From Chrysemys picta bellii (taxonomy: Eukaryota), in the NCBI RefSeq assembly GCF_011386835.1, contig NC_088813.1, positions 10,106,001-10,170,000 on the forward strand: a DNA stretch of 64,000 nt, written 5' to 3'. Under the pieces are notes generated by a model. That model saw only the letters and a program-made list of their open reading frames with translations, searched no databases and was not told where the DNA came from. Both the position numbers and the translations under genes were made by a program. Shown here piece by piece: positions 26,252-36,312 of the stretch (its first letter is position 1; each line of letters begins with the position of its first letter).

Positions 26252-27086
26252 TAGGGCCCTACTAAATTCATGGCCATAAAAAATGCATCATGGAGGGTGA
26301 AATCTGGCCTTCCCCCATGAACTTTGGTCTGTTGTGTGCTTTTACCCTATACTATACAGATTTCACACCGGAGATTAGCTCTCTCACACTGGGGGTCCTG
26401 ATCCAAAAGGGAATTGCAAGGGGGGGGGGGGTGTAGCAAGGTTATTTGGGGAGGGGGGTGTCACAGAATTGCCACCCTTACTTCTGCGGTGCCTTCAGAT
26501 CTGGGCGGATGGAGAGAGGTGGCTGTTAGCTCAGCTCTGAAAGGTGCACACTCCCAGCAGCAGTGCAGAAGTAAGGGTGGCAATACCAGGCCATCCACCC
26601 TTACTTCTGTGCTGCTGTCTTCAAAGCTGGGCAGCCGGAGAGTGGCGGCTGCTGACTGAGGGCCCTGTTCTGCAGGCAGCAGCGCAGAAGTAAGGCTGAC
26701 TATACCATCCTTACTTCTGCGTTGCTGCTGGCGGTGGCTCTGCCTTCAAAGCTAGGCTCCCAGCCAGCAGCCACCACTCTCCAGCTGCCCAGAAGGGTAG
26801 CAGTACCCCCCTCCACTACAATAACCTTGCAACCCTGTCAAGTATCAGGGGGTAGCCGTGTTAGTCTGTATCTACAAAAACAACAAGGAGTCTGGTGGCA
26901 CCTGTTAGTCTTTAAGGTGCCACCAGACTCCTTGTTGTTCTTGCAACCCTGCAACTCCTTTATGGGCGAGAACCCCTAAAATTACAACACCGTGGTTTAA
27001 ATAGCTGAAATCATGAAATTTACTATTTTAAAAATCCTATGAATGTGAAATTAGCCAAAATGGATCATGAAGTTGGTAGGGCCATA
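26252..27086. mobile_element. Non-autonomous hAT-like DNA transposon interrupted by a Penelope-derived insert
   Basis: TIRs TAGGGCCCTACTAAATTCATGG / TCATGAAGTTGGTAGGGCCATA; internal reiterated CTTACTTCTG/CAGAAGTAAG motifs. Confidence 0.7.
26838..26939. mobile_element. Short palindromic Penelope-like element fragment
   Basis: 12-bp TSD CTTGCAACCCTG (26826-26837, 26940-26951); 25-bp perfect inverted arms; terminus shared with the 32240 insert. Confidence 0.8.
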
Positions 27087-27692
27087 GACATCTCACACAT
27101 GAGAAGACTAGACTATATAGGTATGTTTCAGCATGGCCATTTCTACAAGAAATTTAAAATTCCTGTGAGGTGGGAGAGGAAAAGAAAATTGTGCTCACTG
27201 AGACTAAATCCTTGCCACACCTCAGGTGAGAGCTATGCTATGTCAGTAGGAAGTGCTGTTGCTACTACAGTTTCCCTGACTGATGTGGGCCTGAAAGCCA
27301 TGGTAAACTAACCATCCTATTTATCTTCCTAGGTCATTTGAAATACTGTGTAGCAGTCATCACATTTTGGGATGATTGTCAGTAAAGAAATCTCTGTCGA
27401 CAGTGGCCAAAGAAACTGCTCATGTTTAAACAATTTTGTTTGCATCAGGGTTGCAACACTCGAAGCTGGGACTGGATGTCAGGGGATAGATTACTTGATA
27501 AATTGCCTTGTTCTAGTCACTCCATCTGAAGTACCTGGCACCAGTGACTGTTGGAAAATAGGATACTGGGCTAGACGAACCATAGGTCTGGCTCAATATA
27601 CTTGTTCTTAGGGTCACAGCTCACCAGGGATGGGGCTCAATGACATGAGTGACAAACCAGGAACCTGCCATATAGCTACTAATAAATGTAAT

Positions 27693-27875
27693 GTAGCTGC
27701 ATTGGTCACAGGATATTAGTGAGACAAAGTGGGAGAGGTAATATCTTTTACTGAACTTGGAGAATCATTTCCAGACACAAAGAAGAGGTCTGTGTGGCTC
27801 GAGAGCTTGTTTCTCTCACTAACAGAAGCTGGCCCAATCAGAGAGATTCCCTCACCCACCTTGTCTCTCTAATAT
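27693..27875. mobile_element. Old palindromic Penelope-like element (second family)
   Basis: Degenerate inverted arms atattagtgagacaaagtggg / cccaccttgtctctctaatat; related to 43998..44190. Confidence 0.6.
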
Positions 27876-28125
27876 AGCTATTCAGTCAACTTACTTTTAT
27901 ATATTACATCCTTTGCTTGTATTTTGTCTATTGATATTGTAACATGGGTGTGGATTTTGTCTTCTTGGCTGTCTATGAAAGCCATGTGTGTCAATGGCAC
28001 CATATTAATGAGAAATACATTCAAATCAATGTCTTCCAGCCATTACCACAGGCACCCTGTTTCCTGAGGACCAACACCGGATTCTAGTGCAAGCAATACC
28101 AATGTGGGTGGAGGCTGCTGGCAAA

Positions 28126-28300
28126 CATCCTATCTCATGGAGCTGGAAGGGACCCTGAAGGGTCCTCGAGTCCAGCCCCCTGCCTTCACTAGCAGGACCA
28201 AGTACTGATTTTGCCCCAGATCCCCAAGTGGCCCCCCTTAAGGATTGAACTCACAACCCTGGGTTTAGCAGACCAATGCTCAAACCACTGAGCTATCCCT
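28126..28300 (-). mobile_element. Tortoise-type polIII/SINE (tRNA-derived head + CR1-like tail)
   Basis: Minus strand: AGGGATAGCTCAGTGG (A box)...GAGTTCAATCC (B box), then ggtcccttccag..atgagatagg CR1-like 3' end. Confidence 0.88.
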
Positions 28301-28379
28301 TCCCCCCCATCAACATGGCAACCTCTGGGTCACCAACAGCAGCATTCAGTGCTTCTGAAACGGCCAGGACACAAGCACC

Positions 28380-29120
28380 AGACCGACCCCTTCCTCTTTA
28401 TTGAGAGTCACCGTTTCCCTGCCGAAGTAGCCCAGCCCGTGGGCTGGAGGGGAAATAACAGGCACCTCAGATTCAGGGGAGAGACCACGTGGCTTAACGC
28501 AGCCGCCGGAGCACGTACACAGGAGCTGGGGGGGAGGGGGGGTATCACAGCCCTGAAGCCCCGCCCCCGTCCCCGTTTCACGCGGGCCCGGAACAGAGTC
28601 AGGGGCTCAGGGGGGAGGGGCGGCCTGACGAGCGCGTCCATCCGGGCGTTACCTCGCGCACGCCGCCCTGGTGCTGCTGGGCCATGGCCAACAACATCCC
28701 GTCGAAACGCTCCTCCTGCTCCGCCGCATCCGCCGCGCTCGGCCCCATCATTATCCTGCCCGCCGCCTCTCCCGCTGCCGCTCCCGCGGCTGCCTCAGCC
28801 CCTCACACCGGAACCGGAACCCTCGCCGCTAAGCCCGCCAGCCAATCCTCGCGCCCAATCCCCCCCCGACCGCTAGGTGATTGGCTGTCGCCGCGGCCAA
28901 TCAACGGGGAAGAGGCGGGAGCCCCCGCACAGGTTCGGCGCCTGGCGTTGGTTTCTATGGTTACTGACAACGTCCGGGGCCTTCCAGAAAAATCTGCGCA
29001 AGGGCCGCGTGGTCCCAAGAGGGGGGGTCAAAGGTCAGGGGCTATAGGGGCATGGTGGGAGTAAAGGGTCCTAATTTTGGGGTGGGAGCGCTGGGGTGTC
29101 CGGGGAGCGGGGGCGGCTCC
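28380..29120 (-). promoter_or_regulatory. NUDC CpG-island promoter with multiple CCAAT boxes
   Basis: High CpG density around exon 1; CCAAT/ATTGG motifs clustered at about 28840-28900. Confidence 0.8.
28653..28751 (-). CDS. NUDC: NUDC exon 1 coding part
   Basis: MMGPSAADAAEQEERFDGMLLAMAQQHQGGVRE|gtaacg; tandem ATGs at 28751 and 28748, inside a CpG island. Confidence 0.95.
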
Positions 29121-31749
29121 TGTATTAGGGTGAAAGGGAGAGTCCTGGTGCCAGATGCCTGTGATGGGGTCAGAGGGGGGGAGTCATGTGCCTTGGTGAT
29201 CAAAAGGGAAAGGTTATGGGAATCTATGTTCCTGGCAGTGGGAGGGAGTCATGGGGGATCCTGTCTACCCTGGGAGGGCGGTGGGGGGAGAGCACCGCAC
29301 TTTCTGCTCATTCCACTTGGGTAGTGATTGGAGGAGCTCATTTCCTTTTTCTCTCCTCGCACGCCAGGCGGCCTTGCAGTCTGGGTTGCAAACGCTGTGA
29401 GGGAATGTTTAAACCAGGGCTTCTCAGACTGCTTCAAAGAGTAGGTCAGCCTCACCCGTGGAATCAAAGGCATCCAAACAAAACCAAGGAAGACCGCTCT
29501 CTGTTGCTTGAGGGCAGCCAGATTGCTGATGACAAGCTTGCGCGCTGGCGGAAGGAAGTAACGTGTTCCCGTCTCTAATCACAATGGAGAACACCAGGAG
29601 CAGCAAACACAGGTCCCAGCTGATGCACCCGCTTCAATGGTCAAACAGGCTGCTGTAGAGATACGAAGATATCGCTATAGTCACAAGAGGAAATGGCTCC
29701 TAACCCTTGCCATGCTGCTATGAGTAGCCCTGACCAATTTCATGACTGAGGCTGGAAAGATGGATCATTCTCTTAAGCAGCACCCGCTGTGTCACACTTT
29801 TGGACCGGTTTCTCTCTGTTTTCACCCTTTCTGGGTTGCTCTGCTTGGTGCTGAGGAGCCAACACAATTTTGTGATTGAACGGCTTGGGTCTTTTTGACC
29901 ACAGTGTGAATTTATCAATTTCCCCTTTTCTTGTGTGCTGGAATGGGAAGGCAAAATATGGGCTCTTTTTAGATCTGTGCAAAACAGTGGGGTGGAACAA
30001 GAGATAAATGCCAGGTCAGTTTGTTCTGAGTGCAATACATCTGATCAAAACAAAGCACCCCGTTTTCACTCTGCTCTGCTTCAGAGAGATCTCCGTGCTT
30101 TCCGACGTTAGTGGTACAAAGAGGCTATCTTGAGGAGATGTTTGTTTAATGGTCTAAGCATCAGTTTTGAAATATTGGGATTCCTTGGAACTGCAGGTAC
30201 TAAGAATTAGGCTCCATTCAGCCCTTTCTTCAGAAGAAGAAGTTAAATGTATTTCCATGCAGTTTGCTGCACGTGGGTTTTTCAGACAAGATCTTCAAAA
30301 TCCAGTGGGCTGATTTTCAGAGGTGCTACCCTTGACTTCACTGAGTGCTCAGCCCCTCTGAAAATCCGGTCATAAGGCCCTTTCAAGTTGCACTTTTGGT
30401 AAGAACTGTGGATTTGTCTCACTGCCCTTGGCCAAAATCTCCATTCCACTCACTGTTGAATACAATATGTGCTGACTATCCACTGCTGTGGGAGCCTTCA
30501 GCATGAAAGCTGCTGTAAAAATGACATCCAATAATATGCTGTAAGAGCAGTTCAAATAAAGATTAGGAGAAGTTTGGAAATGTGGAGGTACTCCTTTGGG
30601 TGAAGTTTGTGTTTCCTCATCTTGTTGGTTGCTCAGATTTTGGAGGGGAGAGAAAAGCAGAAATAGTAGTTGGTTAAGTAGGTTCTTATATTTTCACTCC
30701 CAAATCCATTGCTATTCGACCTGCTAAATCCAGGGCTGAAAAAATTAAGCAGCATGTATGTATCATATTGAAGAGAAAATATCTACGTTAGGGCTACTTG
30801 GAGATGATGTGGAGTAATGTGAAATTCGGGATTCTTAGTGGTGATTGTGATTCAGAAGATGGAGCTCTTCCTTCTGAAGCAGTTCTGAACTAAAGCTCCA
30901 GTATGGTATTAGGAGGTCTTGTGCTGCTGGAAGTGCCATCTTTAGGACAAAATGTAAAACTGAGGTCCTGACCATTTGTGTTCACTAACAGTGCCATGGC
31001 ACATTTTGTAAAGGTGGCCCAGTGTCCTGTATTTATTTATTTATTTTTATTATATAAAATGCCACAATCCTAACTCAGACAAAGACCTACTGACTTCAGT
31101 GGGAATTCTGCATAATTCAAAACAGTGAATCTAACTAACCTCTCTCTGTCCAGGTTCTTATAACGTGCTCACCCTCATAGTGTCTGAGTCCCACTGCAGG
31201 AGAAGGTGAGAGGTTCTGCCATTAAGTTATTTCCTCCTGTGACGCTGGTAGATCAGGTGCCAGCTTTTGCCAAGGCTGAAGATGTCAGCTGAGCACTGAC
31301 AAATAGATAGCTGGAAGGAAATCAAACTAGCTCACCTGTATGTTAGTATTATTCAAGATAGGTGTTAGACTTGTAAAGACGTGTTTAGTTTCTATAAAAT
31401 GCTTGTAAGTTGCTGTATGCATTAATCTTACTTGAAATGTCTGTATCCCATTCTATAAGGTAATATGTCAGTTTTGCTTTATAGCTGTAAAAAGTTGCTC
31501 TGAATTTGTGGACCCAGCAGGAGGCGTGGTTCCCCCGCCCATCAAGAAGGGCTATCAAAATTAAGTGGACCATTGTGAAACATCACGATACAAAGACTGG
31601 ATTAATGGTCCTCCCCCACTACGTGCAAGGAAGCTCATCTCATCGTCTTGGATTATGGAAGGAAATATAGATAGCTGGCATGAAAATTCGTCATCTCTTT
31701 GCTGTTTGGACTCTCAAAGGGCTGGAGCTAGGAAATTAGCAGAGATCCT

Positions 31750-32413
31750 CAGGGTCAACTTGGATTAGCCCTAAACGACATTTGGTGCTGACAGGATTAC
31801 TACATCTCTGTCACCTTTTGAAACCATAGACTGTAACTCATTTCTGTATATATGCTGCCTGCTTTAACCTGCAAATAACTTTTCTTTCTTTTTCCTAGTT
31901 AATGAATCCTTAGTTTACTATAGGATTGGCTACAAGTGTTATCTTTGGTGTAAGATCTGAAGTACAAATTGACCTGGGGTAAGTGACTGGTCTCTTGGGA
32001 CTGGAAACAACCTGAATCTTTTGTGATCTTTGGTGTATGGCAACCATCTATCACTCAGTCCAGCTTTCCTGGGTGGCAAGATAGACTGGAATGTCCAAGG
32101 GGACTGTCTGGGACTCCATAGTAGGACTGTTATAGTGCTTCAGGAGTTCACATTTGTTACTGAGTTGGTGACATTTAATTATAGAACATACAACCGGTTT
32201 GGGGTGTTTGTTTGCTTTTTGACAGTCTGCCCTGAGGTTAAGTATCAGAGGGGTAGCCGTGTTAGTCTGAATCTGTAAAAAGCAACAGAGGGTCCTGTGG
32301 CACCTTTAAGACTAACAGAAGTATTGGGAGCATAAGCTTTCGTGGGTAAGAACCTCACTTCTTCAGATGCAAGTTGGCACTCACAGCCAGAAAGCACTCC
32401 AAACAGCATGACA
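31750..32413 (+). mobile_element. LTR (solo-LTR-like) remnant, 3' portion
   Basis: Resembles a recalled turtle LTR family and ends ..cagcatgACA; 5' boundary not determined; interrupted at 32240-32372. Confidence 0.5.
32240..32372 (-). mobile_element. Penelope-like element terminal fragment with hammerhead-like motif
   Basis: Shares AAGTATCAG.GGGTAGCCGTGTTAGTCTG with the 26838 insert; minus strand reads GCAT CTGAAGA A GTG..CAC GAAA GCTT ATGC. Confidence 0.8.
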
Positions 32414-33540
32414 CCTCCCCTCTGATCCTGCTGCTAGAGGTAGAGAGTTATAGAGCTTGCCTGGGATGCAGGACTCCTGAAAGAGCAGTCAATTTTCCTT
32501 TCTTTTGCTAAATGCTAATTCTGGTCACAGAGCATCTTATTAGGCAGGTTTGCAGCCCTTTCTCCAATGATATGCCATTTTAGATGGCTTTCTCTTCTGT
32601 TCTGCCTAATCTGATCATAATAGCTCATATGTAACCCAGACCTTCCTCTAGCTCCCTTATCCTGGTTTTAATTCCACACTGAGATATGTGGATTCTGGCA
32701 CTGATCATGTAGCAAGACATCTGGGGACAGAAGTGCTGATCTTATTTTATTCTAATTTCATGCAGAGAGTAAATCAGTGAGAGCTCAAATCAACCCTTTA
32801 CTACTTACAATGCTGGTCTGGTGGACACATGCCCATGACTCAACCTGTCTAAATGAACCTATTAACATTATGAAAATTACACCGTTTACCATTGGGAGAA
32901 GGGGCCCAGTAGACATTATTTTCCTAAGACTTTTCATAGTTTGGTAATCTTCACTGGGTACCTCTAGTGACAAAAAGTTCCACTCTGCCCTGCACTGGGT
33001 AAACAGGTGTCTTCTTCTCCCTTGTAAACATGTCACCTACCTCTTTCTTCACTCCATTAGGTCCCCCTCTGTATTCCCACCTAGCTTTCCCAGCTCCCAC
33101 TCACTAAGGCAAAGAACTAGATAGCATGGCTCTTCCTTCCTTCATGTTCTTTAGGATTGGGCTTCAGGATCCTGGATGCGGAGGGGTTTCAACTAAGGGA
33201 CTTCTTCCTGCTCTAGAAATTCCTCTGAGTCATGGCACTCCTTGAAATGTGAAGACATACACATCCATGTATCTAACCTGTGTCTAACGCAATTTCTGTC
33301 TATAAACTGATGAAATCTCCTGGGAAATCAAGACCGAAAGTAAAAAGACCCTCATACTCCCCAGTATTTCCCCCCTCCCTGAAACACACAAGATACCTTA
33401 GGCCCCAGCCTTCCTCTAAGTACTAGAGATGCCCTTTGCAGTTGGTTGGGTTGCTTTTCTTTATCTGCAACAACGGCAGCCTGTTGTCAACAAGGTTAAA
33501 CAAACAACCTGCTGATAAAATGACTTCCAGGTTGCTCTTT

Positions 33541-33945
33541 CCAAGGCCAGAGTTTACAGGCTGTTTTGCTACTGGTCTCTTGCTCCAGACAAGGGCTGTG
33601 TGTGTGTGTGTGTGAACTCTTTGGCAATGACACCTGTCATATAGCATTGCCTGATTACACACCTGGGGCCTTGGTGCCATGGTACGGGCTAGGTTAATGA
33701 CTTTATTTATACTGTTTGGGTAATCCAGATAAGAAGGCCACTCAATCTGCCATCCCGATCCTGTCCCATCCTCCTGGCCCCAACTGGCACTTTCATTGAG
33801 AAAACGCTTATCGGCACCACGTGGAGGCCCCACTTCCCTAGCCAATCAGTCCAGGGTTGAGTTGTTTTTCAATGAATGCTGCTCAGTCAGAGAGAGGTCA
33901 AGGCTGCTAAGGGGGTGTTTCACTCATCACAGAGCCTTATAAATA
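33541..33945 (+). promoter_or_regulatory. NR0B2 (SHP) promoter: IR-1, LRH-1/SF-1 sites, E-box, CCAAT, TATA
   Basis: AGGTTAaTGACTT 33691-33703; CCAAGGCCA 33541; rc CCAAGGCCC 33666-33674; TCAAGGCTG 33898; CACGTG 33818; CCAAT 33842; TATAAA 33938. Confidence 0.8.
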
Positions 33946-34131
33946 GAGCCAGGAATAACAGCCAAGGAGGTGAGAGGGGCTACTGAGCTGGAAGAAGCAG
34001 GCTGCAGTCAGAGAGCTTTGACTGATACAGCAGCATTTGCAAGGGACCAGTCGTGCTCACAGATCCATCCGCCCAGGTGCACGAGAGTTCCATCCTTGGG
34101 ACCTGACGGGATCCGCTTGCCAGGCTCAGCA

Positions 34132-34675
34132 ATGACAACGTGCAGCATGGACCTGGACTGTGAGAGATGCCAGTGCCACAGTGAGGAGAATCGAAACGCC
34201 ATCCTCTATACTCTCCTGAGCCAGAACCTGAACCACAAATGGGGCAGCCATAGCCCATCCCAGAAGCGCTGCCTGTGCCAGAAGCGTCGCACCGTCTGCC
34301 TCCAAACACCTCAGGTCACCTGCCAGGCAGCCTCTGATGTCCTTGTGAAAACGGTCAGCTTCATGAAGAACCTGCCCTCCTTCCAGCTGCTGCCCCGGGG
34401 AGACCAGCTGCTGCTTCTGGACAGCTGCTGGGCTCCCCTCTTCATTCTGGGGCTGGTTCAGGAGATGGTGACGTTCGAGGTGACGGAAACCCCGGCCCCT
34501 AGCATGCTCAAGAGGATTCTCCTCGATGGCCAGAGTAAGAGACAGGAGCCTGAGAGGACACAGCCCACCCTAGCCGGGGTGCAGCGGCTGCAGTGCTGTC
34601 TGAACACATTCTGGAGCCTGGACCTGAGCCCTAAGGAGTATGCTTATCTGAAAGGAGCCATTCTCTTTAACCCTG
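34132..34675 (+). CDS. NR0B2: Small heterodimer partner (SHP), exon 1
   Basis: MTTCS..AILYTLL..KTVSFMKNLPSF..SMLKRIL..LSPKEYAYLKGAILFNP|gtgag. Confidence 0.96.
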
Positions 34676-35310
34676 GTGAGTGCCTTATCCTCACACACCT
34701 TTCCATCGGCAGGGAGAGAAGGCATGGCACACAATAGCATCTAGCAATGAATATCTATCTATCTGTCTGTCCATCCATCCAGGGAGCTCAAATCACTTTA
34801 TAAGCTGGAAGGAATATCCCCATTTTACAGACAGGTAAACTGAGGCACAGAGCATTTTAGGGCCTAATTTTCAGAGGTGCTGAGCATCTCCAGCTCCCAT
34901 TGACTTCTGGAATTCAGGCTGTAAGTGACTTTCTCCACTCAGTCACTTGCTTTAACTCATAGACCTCGGAGCCAACTATGCTGATCAGGATGGCTCATTA
35001 GATTTGCAGTCTCTCAAATCCTAACAGGGTTGATTCACTTCTTCATTTTTCTGAGGCAGATAAACTGAGTCCTATGCAGTTTACTGTGGGTGAAGAGGGA
35101 AGGGAATATTTTAAATAAGACTTTAAAATGGAGTTCTTGCATATCCTTCAGGGACAATAGGATTTTAGGGCATGTTTTGCTAGAGCTGGGGTTTGCCCTG
35201 GCTTCATTGATCAATATTTCGCCTCCCTTGTTGTGTTACACACTATTAAAGAACCGGTGCTCTCCACCCCAGAAGTGGCTGCATATCAGTGGTGCTGCAT
35301 GTATGAGTTA

Positions 35311-35772
35311 GTGACCTCAACGTTACAATATTCCAACAACAAAAATTCAAAAACAGACTCCAACGAGAAACTGCAGAATTGGAATTAATTTGCAAACTAG
35401 ACACCATTAAATTAGGCTTGAATAAAGACACGGAGTGGATGGGTCATTACACCAAGTAAAAACTATTTCCCCATGCTAATTTCCCCCCCCCTACTGTTAC
35501 TCACACCTTCTTGTCAACTGTTGGAAATGGGCCATCCTAATTATCACTACAAACGTTTTTTTTTCTCCTGCTGATTATAGCCCACCTTAATTGATTACTC
35601 TCATTATAGTTGGTATGGCAACACCCATTTTTTCATGTTCGCTGTGTATATCTATCTTCCTACTGTATTTTCCACTGCATGCATCCGATGAAGTGGGTTT
35701 TAGCCCACGAAAGCTTATGCTCAAATAAATTTGTTAGTCTCTAAGGTGCCACAAGTACTCTTCGTTCTTTTT
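35311..35772 (+). mobile_element. Penelope-like element 3' end (GIY-YIG endonuclease C-terminus + 3'UTR/pLTR with hammerhead-like motif)
   Basis: Translation QQQKFKNRLQRETAELELICKLDTIKLGLNKDTEWMGHYTK* resembles the recalled PLE GIY-YIG tail; the downstream sequence matches the 49380-49470 arm. Confidence 0.85.
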
Positions 35773-36031
35773 GAAGTACTTTAGACTCCCTTGGTGCTAT
35801 GGAAGGCATGTATACATGCTAAGGAGGCATGTATATTTCTCTGTGTGCCTGCCTGTGCCTCTGCCTGCCTGTGCAGTAGAAAGAAATCGGATTTGATTGT
35901 GAATCACTAGCAATAGTGCCTAACAAGCCTTCAGCAGAGGCAGATGCATGGTAAGAAACTGGGACTGGAACTTAGTTTGGGAAGCAGAGCCTAACTTTCA
36001 TTTGTATTTCCTCTTGTTTCTCTCTTCATAG

Positions 36032-36312
36032 ATGTCCCAGGTCTCAGGGCCTCTTTGTACATCGAGAGCCTCCAACGGGAAGCACAGAGAGCGCTCCGAG
36101 AAGTCCTAGTGCCCCTCCACCCAGAGGACCAGGGCCGCTTTGCCCGCATCTTGCTGATTGCCTCCACCTTGCGGTCCATTCCTCCTGCACTTATCACAGA
36201 CCTCTTCTTTCGACCGATCATTGGCAATGCGGACATTATTGAGGTGATCACTGAAATGCTGTATGAAATAACCTGCAGGCGACTGACTCTTTCATCACAC
36301 ACAGCCTCCTGA
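36032..36312 (+). CDS. NR0B2: SHP exon 2
   Basis: tag|(D)[30 protein letters not shown]..; TGA at 36310-36312. Confidence 0.96.

Larger units (their letters stand above)
13961..28751 (-). other. NUDC: NUDC gene model, 9 coding exons, 1032 nt, 343 aa
   Basis: complement(join(13961..14012,15615..15733,16593..16676,17727..17921,18418..18531,18942..19028,19613..19816,25043..25120,28653..28751)). All introns are GT-AG and the frame is continuous; the translation matches recalled human NUDC. Confidence 0.97.
34132..36312 (+). other. NR0B2: NR0B2 gene model join(34132..34675,36032..36312), 274 aa
   Basis: LBD-only nuclear receptor without a zinc-finger DBD; two exons, phase-1 intron at FNP|D as in human SHP. 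Confidence 0.96.

Noticed and set aside
28230-28300. tRNA-like sequence with A and B boxes
   Set aside because: It continues into a SINE body and CR1-like tail rather than a T-run terminator, so it is a SINE head and not a tRNA gene.
28349-29064. Pro/Arg/Ala-rich ORFs over the NUDC CpG island
   Set aside because: GC-content artefacts overlapping the real NUDC exon 1 on the opposite strand or in another frame.
33970-34131. 54-codon in-frame N-terminal extension of the NR0B2 ORF from a GTG
   Set aside because: The GTG sits about 30 nt after the TATA box, i.e. at the likely cap site. Homology to SHP begins at the ATG at 34132.
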